DNA of 64,000 nt from an uncultured Tenacibaculum sp. (GCF_947504135.1 NZ_CANNGG010000006.1:43927-107926); one strand, 5' to 3'. Counted from the stretch's first letter, positions 18,395-29,598 are shown. Notes: generated from the sequence alone by a model not told the origin. Numbers and translations are program-made.

Positions 18395-19735
18395 TTGACT
18401 AAACTATTACTATATACATTAACACTATTTTTTAGTGTGTCTGTTTTTACTCAGCAAAATTTTAATTTTTTAGGTAATAATACAGATAAACAATCGGTTA
18501 GTTTTCAACTAATAAATAATCTTATTGTTATTCCCTTAGAAATTAACGGACATCAATTATCGTTTATTTTAGATACTGGGGTAAGCAGAACAATTTTGTT
18601 TAACCTCTCATCACAAGACAGTGTTGGTTTAAACGATATAGAACGTATTTTAATTCGTGGACTAGGATCTGGAGAACCAGTAGAAGCTTTAAGGTCTAAA
18701 AATAATACGTTCAGAATTAAAAATATTAAAAGTTCAAATGAAGAATTATACGTTATTTTAAAAGATGCTTTTGATATTTCTGCCAAAATGGGAACTACAA
18801 TTCATGGTATAATAGGTTATGATTTATTGAAAGATGTTATTGTAAAAATAAATTATAACAATAAAAGAATTGATTTTTACAACCCGAAAACTTACAAAAA
18901 GTCAATTTGTAGAAGTTGTGAAAGTTTCCCTTTACAATTTTACCGAAACAAACCTTATATAGATACTTATGTTCAGTTAAATTCTCATTCAAGCACGATG
19001 ACACCTGTAAAGTTGTTGATTGACACAGGTGGAAGCGATGCAATTTGGTTGTTTGAAGGAACAAAAGAAGAGTTACAAACTCCTGAAAAGTTTTTTAGAG
19101 ATGTTATTGGAGAAGGTTTTAGCGGAACGATTTATGGAAATAGAAGTAGAGTACAAAAAATAACAATAGGGAAATTTGAAATTGAAGAGCCTACAGTTTC
19201 TTTTTTAGATTCTTCTTCAACATTTAATGCTCGGCAATTTAAAGAACGAAACGGAAGTATAGGAGGTGCTATTTTAAAACGATTTAAAATTTGGATTGAT
19301 TATCCTAACAAAAGGATTGTATTAAAAAAGAATGGTTCTTTAAAAGCAGGTTTTTACTATAATATGAGTGGTTTACATATTGCTTATGACGGACAAGAAT
19401 TAATAAAAGAACAAAAACCTATTAAATTCACTGATAGTTATAATCCAACCAATCAAACTCCGAAAAACAATGTAATATCGTTTGTTAGTAGCTATTTTTA
19501 TCAGTTTAAGCCAAAGTATAAAATAGATAAGATTGTAGAAAATTCTCCTGCAGATAAAGCAGGACTTAAAGTAGATGATGTTATAAAAAAGATTAACGGT
19601 AAAGCAGCACATGAATATCATTTAAATGAAATTATAGAGATGTTTCATACCAAACCAGGAAAAAAAATAAGGATAGAAGTTGAAAGGGCAGGAATAAAGC
19701 TAAAGTTTGAATTTAAATTAGAACAGCGTATATAA
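18395..19735 (+). CDS. Secreted double aspartyl-protease-domain protein with C-terminal PDZ domain
   Basis: Signal peptide; FILDTG and LLIDTG; GIIGYDLL; SPADKAGLKVDDVIKKING. Confidence 0.85.
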   Translation: MTKLLLYTLTLFFSVSVFTQQNFNFLGNNTDKQSVSFQLINNLIVIPLEINGHQLSFILDTGVSRTILFNLSSQDSVGLNDIERILIRGLGSGEPVEALRSKNNTFRIKNIKSSNEELYVILKDAFDISAKMGTTIHGIIGYDLLKDVIVKINYNNKRIDFYNPKTYKKSICRSCESFPLQFYRNKPYIDTYVQLNSHSSTMTPVKLLIDTGGSDAIWLFEGTKEELQTPEKFFRDVIGEGFSGTIYGNRSRVQKITIGKFEIEEPTVSFLDSSSTFNARQFKERNGSIGGAILKRFKIWIDYPNKRIVLKKNGSLKAGFYYNMSGLHIAYDGQELIKEQKPIKFTDSYNPTNQTPKNNVISFVSSYFYQFKPKYKIDKIVENSPADKAGLKVDDVIKKINGKAAHEYHLNEIIEMFHTKPGKKIRIEVERAGIKLKFEFKLEQRI

Positions 19736-19737
19736 AT

Positions 19738-19769
19738 AAAAAGCTCAACTAAATTTAGTTGAGCTTTTT
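19738..19769. terminator. Bidirectional intrinsic terminator
   Basis: AAAAAGCTCAACTAA-AT-TTAGTTGAGCTTTTT. Confidence 0.88.
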
Positions 19770-19790
19770 ATATTTTATTAAGTGTAGTTT

Positions 19791-20195
19791 TTAGCTATCA
19801 CTTACAGTGCTTTTTTCTTTGGTTGGTGTTGCATCTTTTGAGATAAATCCTTTAATTTTCACTAATTTTCTACTTTTCTTAGCGTTAGAAATAATGGTAA
19901 TAGCTTTAGAAAAACCACCTGGTTTTTTAGTATCGTAAGAAACTTCAATTTCTCCTTTTTCTCCTGGCATGATTGGTTTTTCAGGCTTAGATGGTACTGT
20001 ACACCCACAAGTAGAAATAATATCTTTTATAATTAAAGGAGCATCTCCTACGTTAGTGAATTCAAATACACGTTTTCCTTCAGACCCAAGAGCTACTTTA
20101 CCGTAGTCGATTGTTTCAGTTTCAAATTTAAATTCTTGAGCGCTTACTGTTAACGTAATAAAGAAAACAGCGACAAATGATAAAATTGTTTTCAT
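19791..20195 (-). CDS. DUF1573 domain secreted protein
   Basis: FTNVGDAPLII...STCGCT...PIMPGEKGEI. Confidence 0.9.
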   Translation of the reverse strand: MKTILSFVAVFFITLTVSAQEFKFETETIDYGKVALGSEGKRVFEFTNVGDAPLIIKDIISTCGCTVPSKPEKPIMPGEKGEIEVSYDTKKPGGFSKAITIISNAKKSRKLVKIKGFISKDATPTKEKSTVSDS

Positions 20196-20382
20196 AATGT
20201 TAAAATTAATTTTAGAGGTATAAACCAGTACAAATTTAGTATTATTTATTTAAGATATTAAAAAAACAACTTCTAATTTTCTGTACCTCATAGATAGTTG
20301 TATTTTTGCTAATCAATTTTCAAAAACAATGCCAAAAGCTAATTTATTTAGCAAGTGGGCAAAACAAGATATTTTAACATAT

Positions 20383-23022
20383 ATGAATATTCCATCAAAA
20401 TACAATTCTAAAGAAGTAGAAGGTAAGTGGTACGATTACTGGATGAAACACAACTATTTTCATTCTGAAGTAGATGAAAGAGAACCATACACAATAGTAA
20501 TACCTCCACCAAACGTCACAGGAGTGTTGCACATGGGGCATATGTTAAATAATACCATTCAAGATGTATTAATTCGTCGTGCTCGTTTACAAGGAAAAAA
20601 TGCATGTTGGGTTCCTGGTACCGATCATGCTTCGATTGCTACAGAAGCAAAAGTGGTAGCAAAACTAAAAGAGCAAGGTATTGATAAAAATGATTTAACT
20701 CGTGAAGAATTCTTGGCACATGCTTGGGAATGGAAAAATGAGTATGGAGGTATCATTTTAGATCAGTTAAAAAAGTTAGGAGCTTCTTGTGATTGGGAAC
20801 GTACTGCATTTACGATGGATCCTGCATTGTCAGAATCAGTAATTAAAGTATTTGTAGATTTATATAACAAAGGATTAATTTACCGCGGATACCGTATGGT
20901 AAATTGGGATCCTGAGGCAAAAACTACACTTTCTGATGAAGAAGTTATTTATGAAGAGCGTCAAGGAAATTTATATTACTTACAGTATGATATTGTTGAC
21001 TCTGATGAAAAAGTAATTATAGCAACAACACGTCCTGAAACTATTTTAGGAGATACAGCTATTTGTATTAATCCTAATGATGAGCGTTTTACTCATTTAA
21101 AAGGTAAGAAAGCTATTGTTCCTCTTTGTAATAGAGAAATTCCAATTATTGAAGATGAATATGTAGATGTTGAATTTGGTACAGGGTGTTTAAAAGTAAC
21201 CCCTGCACATGATGAAAATGATAAAGCTTTAGGAGATAAGCACAACCTAGAGGTAATAGATATCTTTAATGAAGATGCTACCTTAAATTCATTCGGGTTA
21301 CATTACGAAGGAAAAGATCGTTTTGTAGTTCGTAAAGAAATTACCAAAGAATTAGAAGAAAAAGGGTTTTTAGTAAAAACTGAGGTTCATACCAACAAAG
21401 TAGGTACTTCTGAGAGAACTAAAGCAGTGATTGAACCAAGATTATCAGATCAGTGGTTCTTAAAAATGGAAGAGCTAGTTAAACCAGCTATCGAAGCTGT
21501 TTTGGGTGAAGATAGAGAGGTGAAGTTATTCCCAAAAAAGTTTGAAAACACATATCGTCACTGGATGGAAAATATTCGTGATTGGAATATTTCTCGTCAG
21601 TTATGGTGGGGACAACAAATTCCTGCTTTCTATTTTGGAGATGGAAAAGAAGACTTTGTAGTAGCTGAAAATATTGAAGATGCAGTTAAATTAGCTCAAG
21701 AAAAAACAGGAAATACATCATTAACTGCTTCTGACTTAAAACAAGATCCAGATGCGTTAGACACGTGGTTTTCTTCTTGGTTATGGCCAATAAGTGTTTT
21801 TGACGGAATTCGCAATCCTGAGAATGAAGAAATCAAGTATTACTATCCAACCAACGATTTAGTTACCGGACCAGATATTTTATTCTTTTGGGTAGCACGT
21901 ATGATTATTGCTGGATATGAATGCAAAGATGAACGTCCGTTTGAAAACGTATACCTAACAGGATTAGTACGTGATAAGCAACGTAGAAAAATGAGTAAAT
22001 CATTAGGAAACTCACCAGATGCTTTAAAGTTAATTGAAGATTTTGGTGCTGACGGAGTTCGTGTAGGGTTATTATTAAGTGCAGCGGCTGGAAACGATTT
22101 ATTATTTGATGAAGATTTATGTCAACAAGGAAAAGGGTTTGCAAACAAAATTTGGAATACCTTCCGTTTAATTAAAGGTTGGGAAATAGATGAAAGTTTA
22201 GCGCAACCAGAAACAGCTAAAATAGGATTAGCTTGGTATGAAGCTAAGTTTAATAAAGTGTTGTTAGAAATAGAAGATCACTTTAGTAAGTATCGTTTAT
22301 CAGATGCGTTAATGGCAATTTATAAATTAATTACTGATGATTTTTCATCATGGTTATTAGAAATTGTAAAACCAGGATACCAACAACCGATTGATGCTAA
22401 AACATACAAAGCTGTAATAGAAGTATTAGAGAATAACTTAAAAGTATTGCATCCATTTATGCCTTTCTTAACAGAGGAAATCTGGCAACATATTACTGAA
22501 AGAACTCCAGAAGATGCTTTAATTATTGCTAAATACCCAACGGTTGGAGAAACAAATGAAGAATTAATTACAAATTTTGAGTTTGCAACAGGTGTGGTTT
22601 CAGGAATAAGAACGATTAGAAAAAATAAAAATATTTCGTTTAAAGATGCTATCGAATTATCAGTTGTAAATAACGAAAACTTCACCAAAGAGTTTGATGT
22701 AGTAATTCAAAAGTTAACGAATGCTTCAGAAATTAGTTATGTTTCTGATAAAGTTGACGGAGCAGTATCTTTCCGTGTGAAGTCAAATGAATATTTTGTT
22801 CCAATTTCATTAGATACCATTGATGTAGAAGCGGAAATAACTAAGTTAAATGCCGAATTAAAACGAGCAGAAGGGTTCTTAACAGGAATTCAAAAGAAGT
22901 TGTCTAATGAACGTTTTGTAAGTAATGCTCCTGAGCAGGTGATTACGTTAGAACGTAAAAAAGAGTCAGACACCTTAGCTAAAATTGAAACGATTAAAGC
23001 GAGTTTAGCTTCGTTACAATAG
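20383..23022 (+). CDS. valS: Valine--tRNA ligase
   Basis: [13 protein letters not shown] (HIGH), [17 protein letters not shown]-terminal coiled coil; ATG at 20383 preferred; TATTTTTG box at 20301-20308. Confidence 0.97.
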   Translation: MNIPSKYNSKEVEGKWYDYWMKHNYFHSEVDEREPYTIVIPPPNVTGVLHMGHMLNNTIQDVLIRRARLQGKNACWVPGTDHASIATEAKVVAKLKEQGIDKNDLTREEFLAHAWEWKNEYGGIILDQLKKLGASCDWERTAFTMDPALSESVIKVFVDLYNKGLIYRGYRMVNWDPEAKTTLSDEEVIYEERQGNLYYLQYDIVDSDEKVIIATTRPETILGDTAICINPNDERFTHLKGKKAIVPLCNREIPIIEDEYVDVEFGTGCLKVTPAHDENDKALGDKHNLEVIDIFNEDATLNSFGLHYEGKDRFVVRKEITKELEEKGFLVKTEVHTNKVGTSERTKAVIEPRLSDQWFLKMEELVKPAIEAVLGEDREVKLFPKKFENTYRHWMENIRDWNISRQLWWGQQIPAFYFGDGKEDFVVAENIEDAVKLAQEKTGNTSLTASDLKQDPDALDTWFSSWLWPISVFDGIRNPENEEIKYYYPTNDLVTGPDILFFWVARMIIAGYECKDERPFENVYLTGLVRDKQRRKMSKSLGNSPDALKLIEDFGADGVRVGLLLSAAAGNDLLFDEDLCQQGKGFANKIWNTFRLIKGWEIDESLAQPETAKIGLAWYEAKFNKVLLEIEDHFSKYRLSDALMAIYKLITDDFSSWLLEIVKPGYQQPIDAKTYKAVIEVLENNLKVLHPFMPFLTEEIWQHITERTPEDALIIAKYPTVGETNEELITNFEFATGVVSGIRTIRKNKNISFKDAIELSVVNNENFTKEFDVVIQKLTNASEISYVSDKVDGAVSFRVKSNEYFVPISLDTIDVEAEITKLNAELKRAEGFLTGIQKKLSNERFVSNAPEQVITLERKKESDTLAKIETIKASLASLQ

Positions 23023-23041
23023 ATTAACAATTTAGAATAAT

Positions 23042-23075
23042 AAAAAAACCGCTGTTTGTAAACAGCGGTTTTTTT
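23042..23075. terminator. Bidirectional intrinsic terminator
   Basis: AAAAAAACCGCTGTTT-GT-AAACAGCGGTTTTTTT. Confidence 0.9.
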
Positions 23076-23098
23076 ATTGTAGTTAGTTTATAATGAGT

Positions 23099-23827
23099 TT
23101 AGTTTTTGTCAACCACGTCTCCAGAACCTAAAGAGTTACTATATATTTGGGTAGGGTTTCCTTTGTAGTAAATATTTCCAGATCCAACGACAGTTGCTTT
23201 AATTTTATTTTTAACTGAAATTTGCACATCACCTGATCCTGCAATACTAGCTTTTAAAGAATTGGTGTCTAATTCGTACGCTTTCACATCTCCTGAACCT
23301 CCAATTGAACATTTTAAATAGTCAGTTTTTCCTTTTAATTTAATATTTCCAGAGCCTCCAATTGACGTATTAACAGTGTTGGCATCTACATTGGCTACAA
23401 TATTTCCAGAACCTCCAAGGGCGAAATCTACTTCATCAGCTTTAATACGCTTTTTGGTAATTATATTTCCTGAACCACCCAAAGAAACAGACTCAAGGTT
23501 TTCAAAAGGAACTGTAATTGTTAATTTCTTAGTCATGCGAATATTGGTGTTGTCTTTAAAACCAAGGTGAAGTTTTCCATTTTTAACTTCAGTTTCAACA
23601 TGTTTTAAAACATTTTCTTCTCCTTCAATTGTTAATTCACCTTCAACACCATCAACTAAATAAACATCGAATGAACCTCCTAGACTTACTTTGTCAAAAG
23701 AACCGACATTTCGTGTTTCTGTAGTAACTTTTCCGTTTCCTCTTACTTTTTTAGTATTCCACCAACTTTGTGCTTGAGATTGTAAGCTGAAAGTAAGGGT
23801 AAGTAAGATAATTACTAATTTTTTCAT
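23099..23827 (-). CDS. DUF2807 / head GIN domain (beta-helix adhesin-like) secreted protein
   Basis: VRGNGKVTTETR then repeated (S/A)xGGSG(N/D) units. Confidence 0.88.
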   Translation of the reverse strand: MKKLVIILLTLTFSLQSQAQSWWNTKKVRGNGKVTTETRNVGSFDKVSLGGSFDVYLVDGVEGELTIEGEENVLKHVETEVKNGKLHLGFKDNTNIRMTKKLTITVPFENLESVSLGGSGNIITKKRIKADEVDFALGGSGNIVANVDANTVNTSIGGSGNIKLKGKTDYLKCSIGGSGDVKAYELDTNSLKASIAGSGDVQISVKNKIKATVVGSGNIYYKGNPTQIYSNSLGSGDVVDKN

Positions 23828-23848
23828 AATAATATAATTTTAAGTTGG

Positions 23849-24922
23849 TTAATCATTTAGTTTTAAAGAAACACCACCATAGTTAGATTTAATGGTGATC
23901 TTTGAATTCGAATTTCCTTTACCAAAAGTACCTTCATAGTATTTTTTAGATGTTTTTTTGATGCTTTTGTATAGCTCTACATTGTTATCAGGATAGCCAA
24001 AACTAGCATAAGATAAGTCGATGTTGAAATTAAAGTTATTATTGCTGTTGGTTCCTAATTTGATACTAGCATAGTTTCCGTCAATAGTAATGTTATCAAA
24101 TCCTTTAGCAATGTTTTGAACTCTAATTCCGCCATAATCGCTATTAATTTTTAAGTTCTTTTTAAGTGTACCTATTTTGACACTAGCGTAATCAGAGTTT
24201 CCAGTTAGGTTAGAAATCTCTTCTGCAGAAATACTTCCATAATCGCTATTAAATGTAACATCAGTAGCCTTACCAATTTTTATAGTTGAATAATCTGCAC
24301 TTACTTTTAAGTTGTTAGATTTTCTAATTTTTAATTTTGAATAATCAACATTAAGATTTCCTGATTTCATGTAATTGATTTCAGAAGTACCGCAATAATC
24401 TAAGCTAATATTATTGTTGCTGTTTAACAGTTGGTCGATTTGAATTTTACCATAATCACAGTTAATATTCGATTTTCCTTCAAGTTCATCTAATAAATAA
24501 ATGTCTCCATACTTATTGTGTAAGTCAGCATTGTTAGTAATAGGCATTCTTACCGAATAATTAATTTTATAATTGGTGTTTTTGCTTCCCCACCAAGACC
24601 AAGAAGATTTACTTTTTTCTATAATTGTTCTAGCTTCTACTAAATTGGAAGTAGCTTCAAACTGAATGTTAATGTCTTTTAGTTTACGTTCAACACTTGA
24701 AAGATCATCACCTTTTACAGTTATTTTAACATTGATTTCAATACGATTTTCATTCCATGTAGTTACGTTTACATTTCCATATTTATTATTAATGTATAAG
24801 GTAGCGTTTTTATTAACGTTAAACGTTTTGCTAATGTTCTTACTTTTTTCGTGTTTTCTATCGTTAGCGATAAGAACGGTAGGAATAAGTAAGAATAAGA
24901 AAAGTAGTTTATATAATTTCAT
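23849..24922 (-). CDS. DUF4097-like beta-strand repeat secreted protein
   Basis: Signal peptide; repeated NKYG/SDYG/ADYS units. Confidence 0.7.
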   Translation of the reverse strand: MKLYKLLFLFLLIPTVLIANDRKHEKSKNISKTFNVNKNATLYINNKYGNVNVTTWNENRIEINVKITVKGDDLSSVERKLKDINIQFEATSNLVEARTIIEKSKSSWSWWGSKNTNYKINYSVRMPITNNADLHNKYGDIYLLDELEGKSNINCDYGKIQIDQLLNSNNNISLDYCGTSEINYMKSGNLNVDYSKLKIRKSNNLKVSADYSTIKIGKATDVTFNSDYGSISAEEISNLTGNSDYASVKIGTLKKNLKINSDYGGIRVQNIAKGFDNITIDGNYASIKLGTNSNNNFNFNIDLSYASFGYPDNNVELYKSIKKTSKKYYEGTFGKGNSNSKITIKSNYGGVSLKLND

Positions 24923-25439
24923 CGTCTAATAATTGTAATTTTGCTGGGTTTTGTAATTGCTCTAACTGTAAAAGAAGTCTTTCTAATACATCTAATCGTT
25001 GTTGATAATTTTGTATCATTTCTCGGATGATTTGACGTTTGTTTTCTTTTTTAGAAAGCTCTTTTTCAAGAGAGTTGTATTGGTCTTCTAATTCTTCAAT
25101 TTCATTTAAAGAGTCTTCAATAACTGTTTCGGTATCTAAATTTCTATATTGTTCAACTTCTCGTAACTCTTGATTTATAGTTGTAACAAAAAAGTTTTGA
25201 GCCTCAGCCATTTTAGGTGAAACATCGGCTAGTGTATACGTTTTTTGTTGTTGGTAATTACCAAGGTAAAAACCTAGCATTAATACAGTTGATGCCGCTA
25301 TACTCATCCAGAAAATTGAAGGTTTTTTATTTCTCTTCGGATTTTCTAGTTTACGCTGAAAACGTTCTAAATGTCCTTGATGAGGTTCAAAAACATCGAA
25401 ATCATTTTCTTTAAAAAATTGATGTAGTTTATCCTCCAT
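24909..25439 (-). CDS. Putative anti-sigma factor
   Basis: PHQGHLERFQRKL N-terminus, one TM, helical periplasmic tail; overlaps the ECF sigma stop codon. Confidence 0.7.
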   Translation of the reverse strand: MEDKLHQFFKENDFDVFEPHQGHLERFQRKLENPKRNKKPSIFWMSIAASTVLMLGFYLGNYQQQKTYTLADVSPKMAEAQNFFVTTINQELREVEQYRNLDTETVIEDSLNEIEELEDQYNSLEKELSKKENKRQIIREMIQNYQQRLDVLERLLLQLEQLQNPAKLQLLDDEII

Positions 25440-26004
25440 ATCCTTGTGTTTTATTAGTATCGTTAACCAATACTTGTTTTAATTTCTTTTTAGCTCTTGA
25501 TATTGTTGTGCGCACATTTTCATTAGTATAATTCAATATCTGAGCTATTTCTTCATAATCATAGCCTTCAATTAAGTTCAAAGTCAATACAATTCTGTAA
25601 TTATCTTTTAAACTTTGCAAACAACTTAATACTCTTTGTACTTCAAGTGAGCTATAATCTATTTCAACTTCTTCGATTTCATAATTAGGAATCACATCCA
25701 TTTTAACTTCATCATATCGGGTTGTTTTTTTTAGTTGGGTTAAACTTTTATTAATAACGATTCGCTTTAACCAAGATCCAAAAGTAACTTCACCTTTAAA
25801 AGAATTTAATTTTGTAAAAGCAGTTAAAAATGCTTCTTGAATTAAATCTTCAGCCTCGAATTCGTCTTTTAAAATACGATACGATGTGTTATACATAGCT
25901 TTATAATAGCTTTGATACACCTGCATTTGTGCAGTGCTATCGTTTTTCTTACAGCGTTCGATTAGTTGGTTGATATGTGTTTTCTGCGACTCCAATGAAA
26001 TCAT
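25429..26004 (-). CDS. ECF sigma-70 family RNA polymerase sigma factor
   Basis: AEDLIQEAFLTAF, FGSWLKRIVIN, GYDYEEIAQIL...VRTTISRAK. Confidence 0.92.
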   Translation of the reverse strand: MISLESQKTHINQLIERCKKNDSTAQMQVYQSYYKAMYNTSYRILKDEFEAEDLIQEAFLTAFTKLNSFKGEVTFGSWLKRIVINKSLTQLKKTTRYDEVKMDVIPNYEIEEVEIDYSSLEVQRVLSCLQSLKDNYRIVLTLNLIEGYDYEEIAQILNYTNENVRTTISRAKKKLKQVLVNDTNKTQGYGG

Positions 26005-26014
26005 TCTATACTAG

Positions 26015-26041
26015 AGACAATTCAACTTTTAAATTGTGACA
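26015..26041 (-). promoter_or_regulatory. Putative autoregulatory ECF promoter
   Basis: Minus strand TGTCAC-17 nt-GTCT just upstream of the sigma start codon. Confidence 0.45.
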
Positions 26042-26194
26042 GTTTGTTTCAATAAAAATAGATTTTTTTTAAGATTCTAGCTTTTTTTATATGTATTTTA
26101 TTGATAGTTAAAAGGTTGGTGGTATGTTTTTTTATTAAAGTTGCGTAAGTAATGCTAAGTAAAAAAATGAATCAAAATATGTATATTTGACACA

Positions 26195-27052
26195 ATGGTT
26201 AACAGTGTTAAAATTATTGAATGCCCAAGAGATGCAATGCAAGGAATTAAAAGTCATTTTATTCCTACAGAGGCCAAGGCAAAATACATCAACTCACTGT
26301 TAAAGGTGGGGTTTGATACGATAGATTTTGGAAGTTTTGTATCACCAAAAGCAATACCTCAAATGAGAGATACCGCAGAGGTTTTGTCAAAATTAGATTT
26401 ATCATCTACTACAAGTAAACTTTTAGCGATTATAGCTAACGTACGTGGTGCAAATGATGCATCACAGTTTGAAGAAATTGATTATTTAGGATACCCTTTC
26501 TCAATTTCTGAAAACTTTCAAATGCGTAATACACATAAAACAATAGAACAATCTATTGATACGTTAAAAGAAGTTTTAACGATAGCTAATAGAACAAATA
26601 AAGAGGTAGTAGCGTATTTATCAATGGGGTTTGGGAATCCTTATGGTGACCCTTGGAACGTGGAGATTGTAGGTGAGTGGACAGAGAAACTTTCTAACTT
26701 AGGTGTTAAGATATTATCTTTGTCAGATACCATTGGAAGTTCAACACCTGAAGATATAGATTATTTATTTTCAAACTTAATACCTAGTTATCCTCAAATA
26801 GAATTCGGAGCACATCTTCATACAACTCCAACAAAATGGCACGAAAAAGTAGATAGCGCTTTTAAAGCAGGTTGTAGACGTTTTGATGGAGCTATAAAAG
26901 GGTATGGAGGCTGCCCAATGGCTAAAGATGAATTGACAGGTAATATGCCTACAGAAAAATTACTGTCGTATTTTACCGCAAATAAAGTTGAAACCAATAT
27001 AAAACCAATGAGTTTTGAAAGTGCCTATAATAAAGCACTTGAAGTTTTTTAA
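26195..27052 (+). CDS. Hydroxymethylglutaryl-CoA lyase
   Basis: ECPRDAMQG, GSFVSPKAIPQM, LSDTIG, AHLH, GGCPMA. Confidence 0.92.
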   Translation: MVNSVKIIECPRDAMQGIKSHFIPTEAKAKYINSLLKVGFDTIDFGSFVSPKAIPQMRDTAEVLSKLDLSSTTSKLLAIIANVRGANDASQFEEIDYLGYPFSISENFQMRNTHKTIEQSIDTLKEVLTIANRTNKEVVAYLSMGFGNPYGDPWNVEIVGEWTEKLSNLGVKILSLSDTIGSSTPEDIDYLFSNLIPSYPQIEFGAHLHTTPTKWHEKVDSAFKAGCRRFDGAIKGYGGCPMAKDELTGNMPTEKLLSYFTANKVETNIKPMSFESAYNKALEVF

Positions 27053-27058
27053 AAGATT

Positions 27059-27865
27059 ATGAAATTAATACATATTATTTTTCTTTTTTTCTTTTTTTCA
27101 GCCTTTTCTCAAGCTACAGATAGTGAAAGAATAGGTACATGGAGTGTGAAAAATGGAGAGATAATACGAAATAGATCTAAAAACGATCAACTGGCAATTT
27201 ATTATTGGAATGAATTTAATAGAATTTTTCCTCAAGAGTTAACCAAAAAATACATCAAGCGAATTGTTTTAATGACGGATGGAATTGATGAAAAAACAGG
27301 AGCTTTGGTGGCCTTGAGTTCAAAAAATGACAAATGGCAACTAGAAATAGACGTTAATGATGTTAACTTTTATTCTAAAGATAAAAAAAGACTTCACGAG
27401 TCTGTTTACACTTTAGTGCACGAATTCGGACATTTACTTACCTTAAACAGAACACAAATACGCCCTACCGATAAAAAACTACAAGACGAAGGTGAGCTAT
27501 ATTTAACTTTGGAAGGAGAGGCGTATAAAAATAGCTACATAAATAGGTTTGTTAATTTGTTTTGGAAAGGAGCGTTGTTAAATCGTTGGGATGTAATTCA
27601 GCGTAAATATTGTTATACCGAAGCGAACTGTGTTGAAAAGTTATATGATTTGTATTTAAACAATCGTACAGAATTTTTAACAGATTATGCTGCCGAAAGC
27701 CCAGAAGAAGATATTGTGGAAAGCTGGACGGCTTTTGTATTAAGACCAAAGATTAAAAAACCTAGAACGATCGCACATAAGAAAATCAACTTCTTTTACC
27801 AATTTCCAGAGTTGGTAGAATACAGAAGAATGATTCGACAAAATACACGTCAATATCTTCACTAA
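27059..27865 (+). CDS. Secreted putative zinc metallopeptidase (zincin)
   Basis: Signal peptide; LVHEFGHLL; YAAESPEEDIVESW third-ligand region. Confidence 0.75.
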   Translation: MKLIHIIFLFFFFSAFSQATDSERIGTWSVKNGEIIRNRSKNDQLAIYYWNEFNRIFPQELTKKYIKRIVLMTDGIDEKTGALVALSSKNDKWQLEIDVNDVNFYSKDKKRLHESVYTLVHEFGHLLTLNRTQIRPTDKKLQDEGELYLTLEGEAYKNSYINRFVNLFWKGALLNRWDVIQRKYCYTEANCVEKLYDLYLNNRTEFLTDYAAESPEEDIVESWTAFVLRPKIKKPRTIAHKKINFFYQFPELVEYRRMIRQNTRQYLH

Positions 27866-27902
27866 ATTTGTAAATTTGATTTCTTTATCAAAGTAAAATC
27901 AA

Positions 27903-29456
27903 ATGAAACAGATTAGAATCCTTTTAGTACTTTTTATCACCTTATTTATAGTTAGTTGTAACACTAATAAAAAAACAGCTAACACTTCTACAAACAAATA
28001 TCAGTTTACAAAGGATGCTGATAAAACGTATTTTACGATTCTTCAGTTAAACGATGTATATGAAATAGCTCCAATACAAGGAGGTAAATATGGAGGAATG
28101 GCTAGGGTAGAAACAGTACACCAAGATTTACTTAAAGAAAATGAGCAAACGATGCTAGTGTTGGCAGGAGACTTTTTATCGCCTTCTTTAATAGGAACCA
28201 TGAGACATAATGGAGAACGAGTTAGAGGTAAGCAAATGGTAGAAGTAATGAATGCAATGAATTTTGATGTGGTTGCTTTTGGTAATCATGAGTTCGATTT
28301 AAGTTACACCCATTTGCAAGCAAGATTGAACGAAAGTAATTTTGAATGGATTTCGGCTAACGTTTTACATAATATAAATGGTGAACACTCATATTTTCAT
28401 AAAACTATTGATGGAGAAAAGCAAAGCTTAAAAGATTCTTACATAAAAGAATTTGTAAATCCAGATGGAACAAAATTAAAAGTAGGTTTTATAAGTGTTT
28501 GTATTCCTTCTAACCCTAAGAGTTATGTACACTATGGAGATATGTACGAAGAAATAAAACGTGCATATAATGAGATTAAAGACAATGTTGATATAGTTAT
28601 CGGTTTAACTCATGCTTCGCTAACGCAAGACAAAGAAATAGCAAAATTATTACCTAATGTACCTTTAATAATGGGAGGACATGAACACACAAATAGCTAC
28701 GATAAAGTAGGAGAGGTAGTAATTGCGAAAGCCGATGCAAATGCTAAAACAGCTTATATTCATAGGTTTGAATATGATCCAGCAACTAAGAAAACTCAAT
28801 TTAAGTCAGAGTTAAAAGAGATTAATGACTCGATAGCTTCAAATAAAAAAGTACAAGATGTAGTTGATAAATGGCAGGTTGTTTTGCAAAATAAAATTCA
28901 AGAAGTGGTATCAAATCCTTATGAAGTTTTATATACTGCTAAAGAACCATTAGATGCAAGAGAAAGTACTATTAGAAGTGTTCAAACCAATATGGGAAAG
29001 ATTATAGCAGAGTCTATGAGTTTAGCTTATAATAATGAAGTTGACTGTGCACTCGTTAATGGAGGTTCTGTTAGGATAGATGATGTTTTGGCAGGAGAGG
29101 TTAATGCTGTTGATATTTTTAGAGTTTTACCTTATGGCGGAGAAGTTTTAAAAGTAGAAATCAAAGGCAGTTTATTGAAAGAAGTGTTAGACTTTGGAGA
29201 AGCTGCTTCAGGAACAGGTGCCTACTTACAACGATTCAATGCTAAGAAAGAAAATGAAGAATGGATACTTAAAAATGGAAAGCTTCAAGAAGATAAAGTC
29301 TATACAGTTGCCTTTTCAGACTATTTGTTAAGAGGACTTGATATACCTATGCTTTCAGACAAAAGCGAAGGAGTTATAAGTATTTATACACCTAAAAAAG
29401 AAGAAATAGCATACGACATACGTAAAGCTGTTGTTAATCTTTTTAAAGGAGATTAG
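27903..29456 (+). CDS. Bifunctional metallophosphatase/5'-nucleotidase lipoprotein
   Basis: Lipobox IVSC; LNDVYE, AGDFL, GNHEFD, GGHEH, NGGSVR. Confidence 0.92.
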   Translation: MKQIRILLVLFITLFIVSCNTNKKTANTSTNKYQFTKDADKTYFTILQLNDVYEIAPIQGGKYGGMARVETVHQDLLKENEQTMLVLAGDFLSPSLIGTMRHNGERVRGKQMVEVMNAMNFDVVAFGNHEFDLSYTHLQARLNESNFEWISANVLHNINGEHSYFHKTIDGEKQSLKDSYIKEFVNPDGTKLKVGFISVCIPSNPKSYVHYGDMYEEIKRAYNEIKDNVDIVIGLTHASLTQDKEIAKLLPNVPLIMGGHEHTNSYDKVGEVVIAKADANAKTAYIHRFEYDPATKKTQFKSELKEINDSIASNKKVQDVVDKWQVVLQNKIQEVVSNPYEVLYTAKEPLDARESTIRSVQTNMGKIIAESMSLAYNNEVDCALVNGGSVRIDDVLAGEVNAVDIFRVLPYGGEVLKVEIKGSLLKEVLDFGEAASGTGAYLQRFNAKKENEEWILKNGKLQEDKVYTVAFSDYLLRGLDIPMLSDKSEGVISIYTPKKEEIAYDIRKAVVNLFKGD

Positions 29457-29501
29457 GCTTAATTTATTGTATGTTAAGCGAATACTAAAAACTGTTAAAT
29501 T

Positions 29502-29597
29502 TTATTTAAAATAAATCTTAATAAAATTTGTTAGATTGATTATCTCTACTAATTTTGCGGTCGTAAAACAAAATTAGTTTAAAATTAATCTAAATAA
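29502..29597 (+). promoter_or_regulatory. Sigma70 promoter flanked by two Fur-like 9-5-9 inverted repeats
   Basis: TTTG at 29527-30 and TAATTTTG at 29550-57; TTATTTAAA-N5-TCTTAATAA at 29502-24; second box ending TCTAAATAA at 29597. Confidence 0.5.
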
Positions 29598-29598
29598 A

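Noticed and set aside
20329-20382. Long N-terminal extensions in the ORF track (valS; likewise lipA, the aminotransferase, the DAACS symporter, the aconitase and guaB)
   Set aside because: Downstream ATGs match family N-termini and promoter positions better.
23099-24922. Periodic GGSG and DYG repeats as a possible DNA repeat array
   Set aside because: They are protein-level beta-solenoid repeats with divergent codons, explained by the DUF2807 and DUF4097-like folds.
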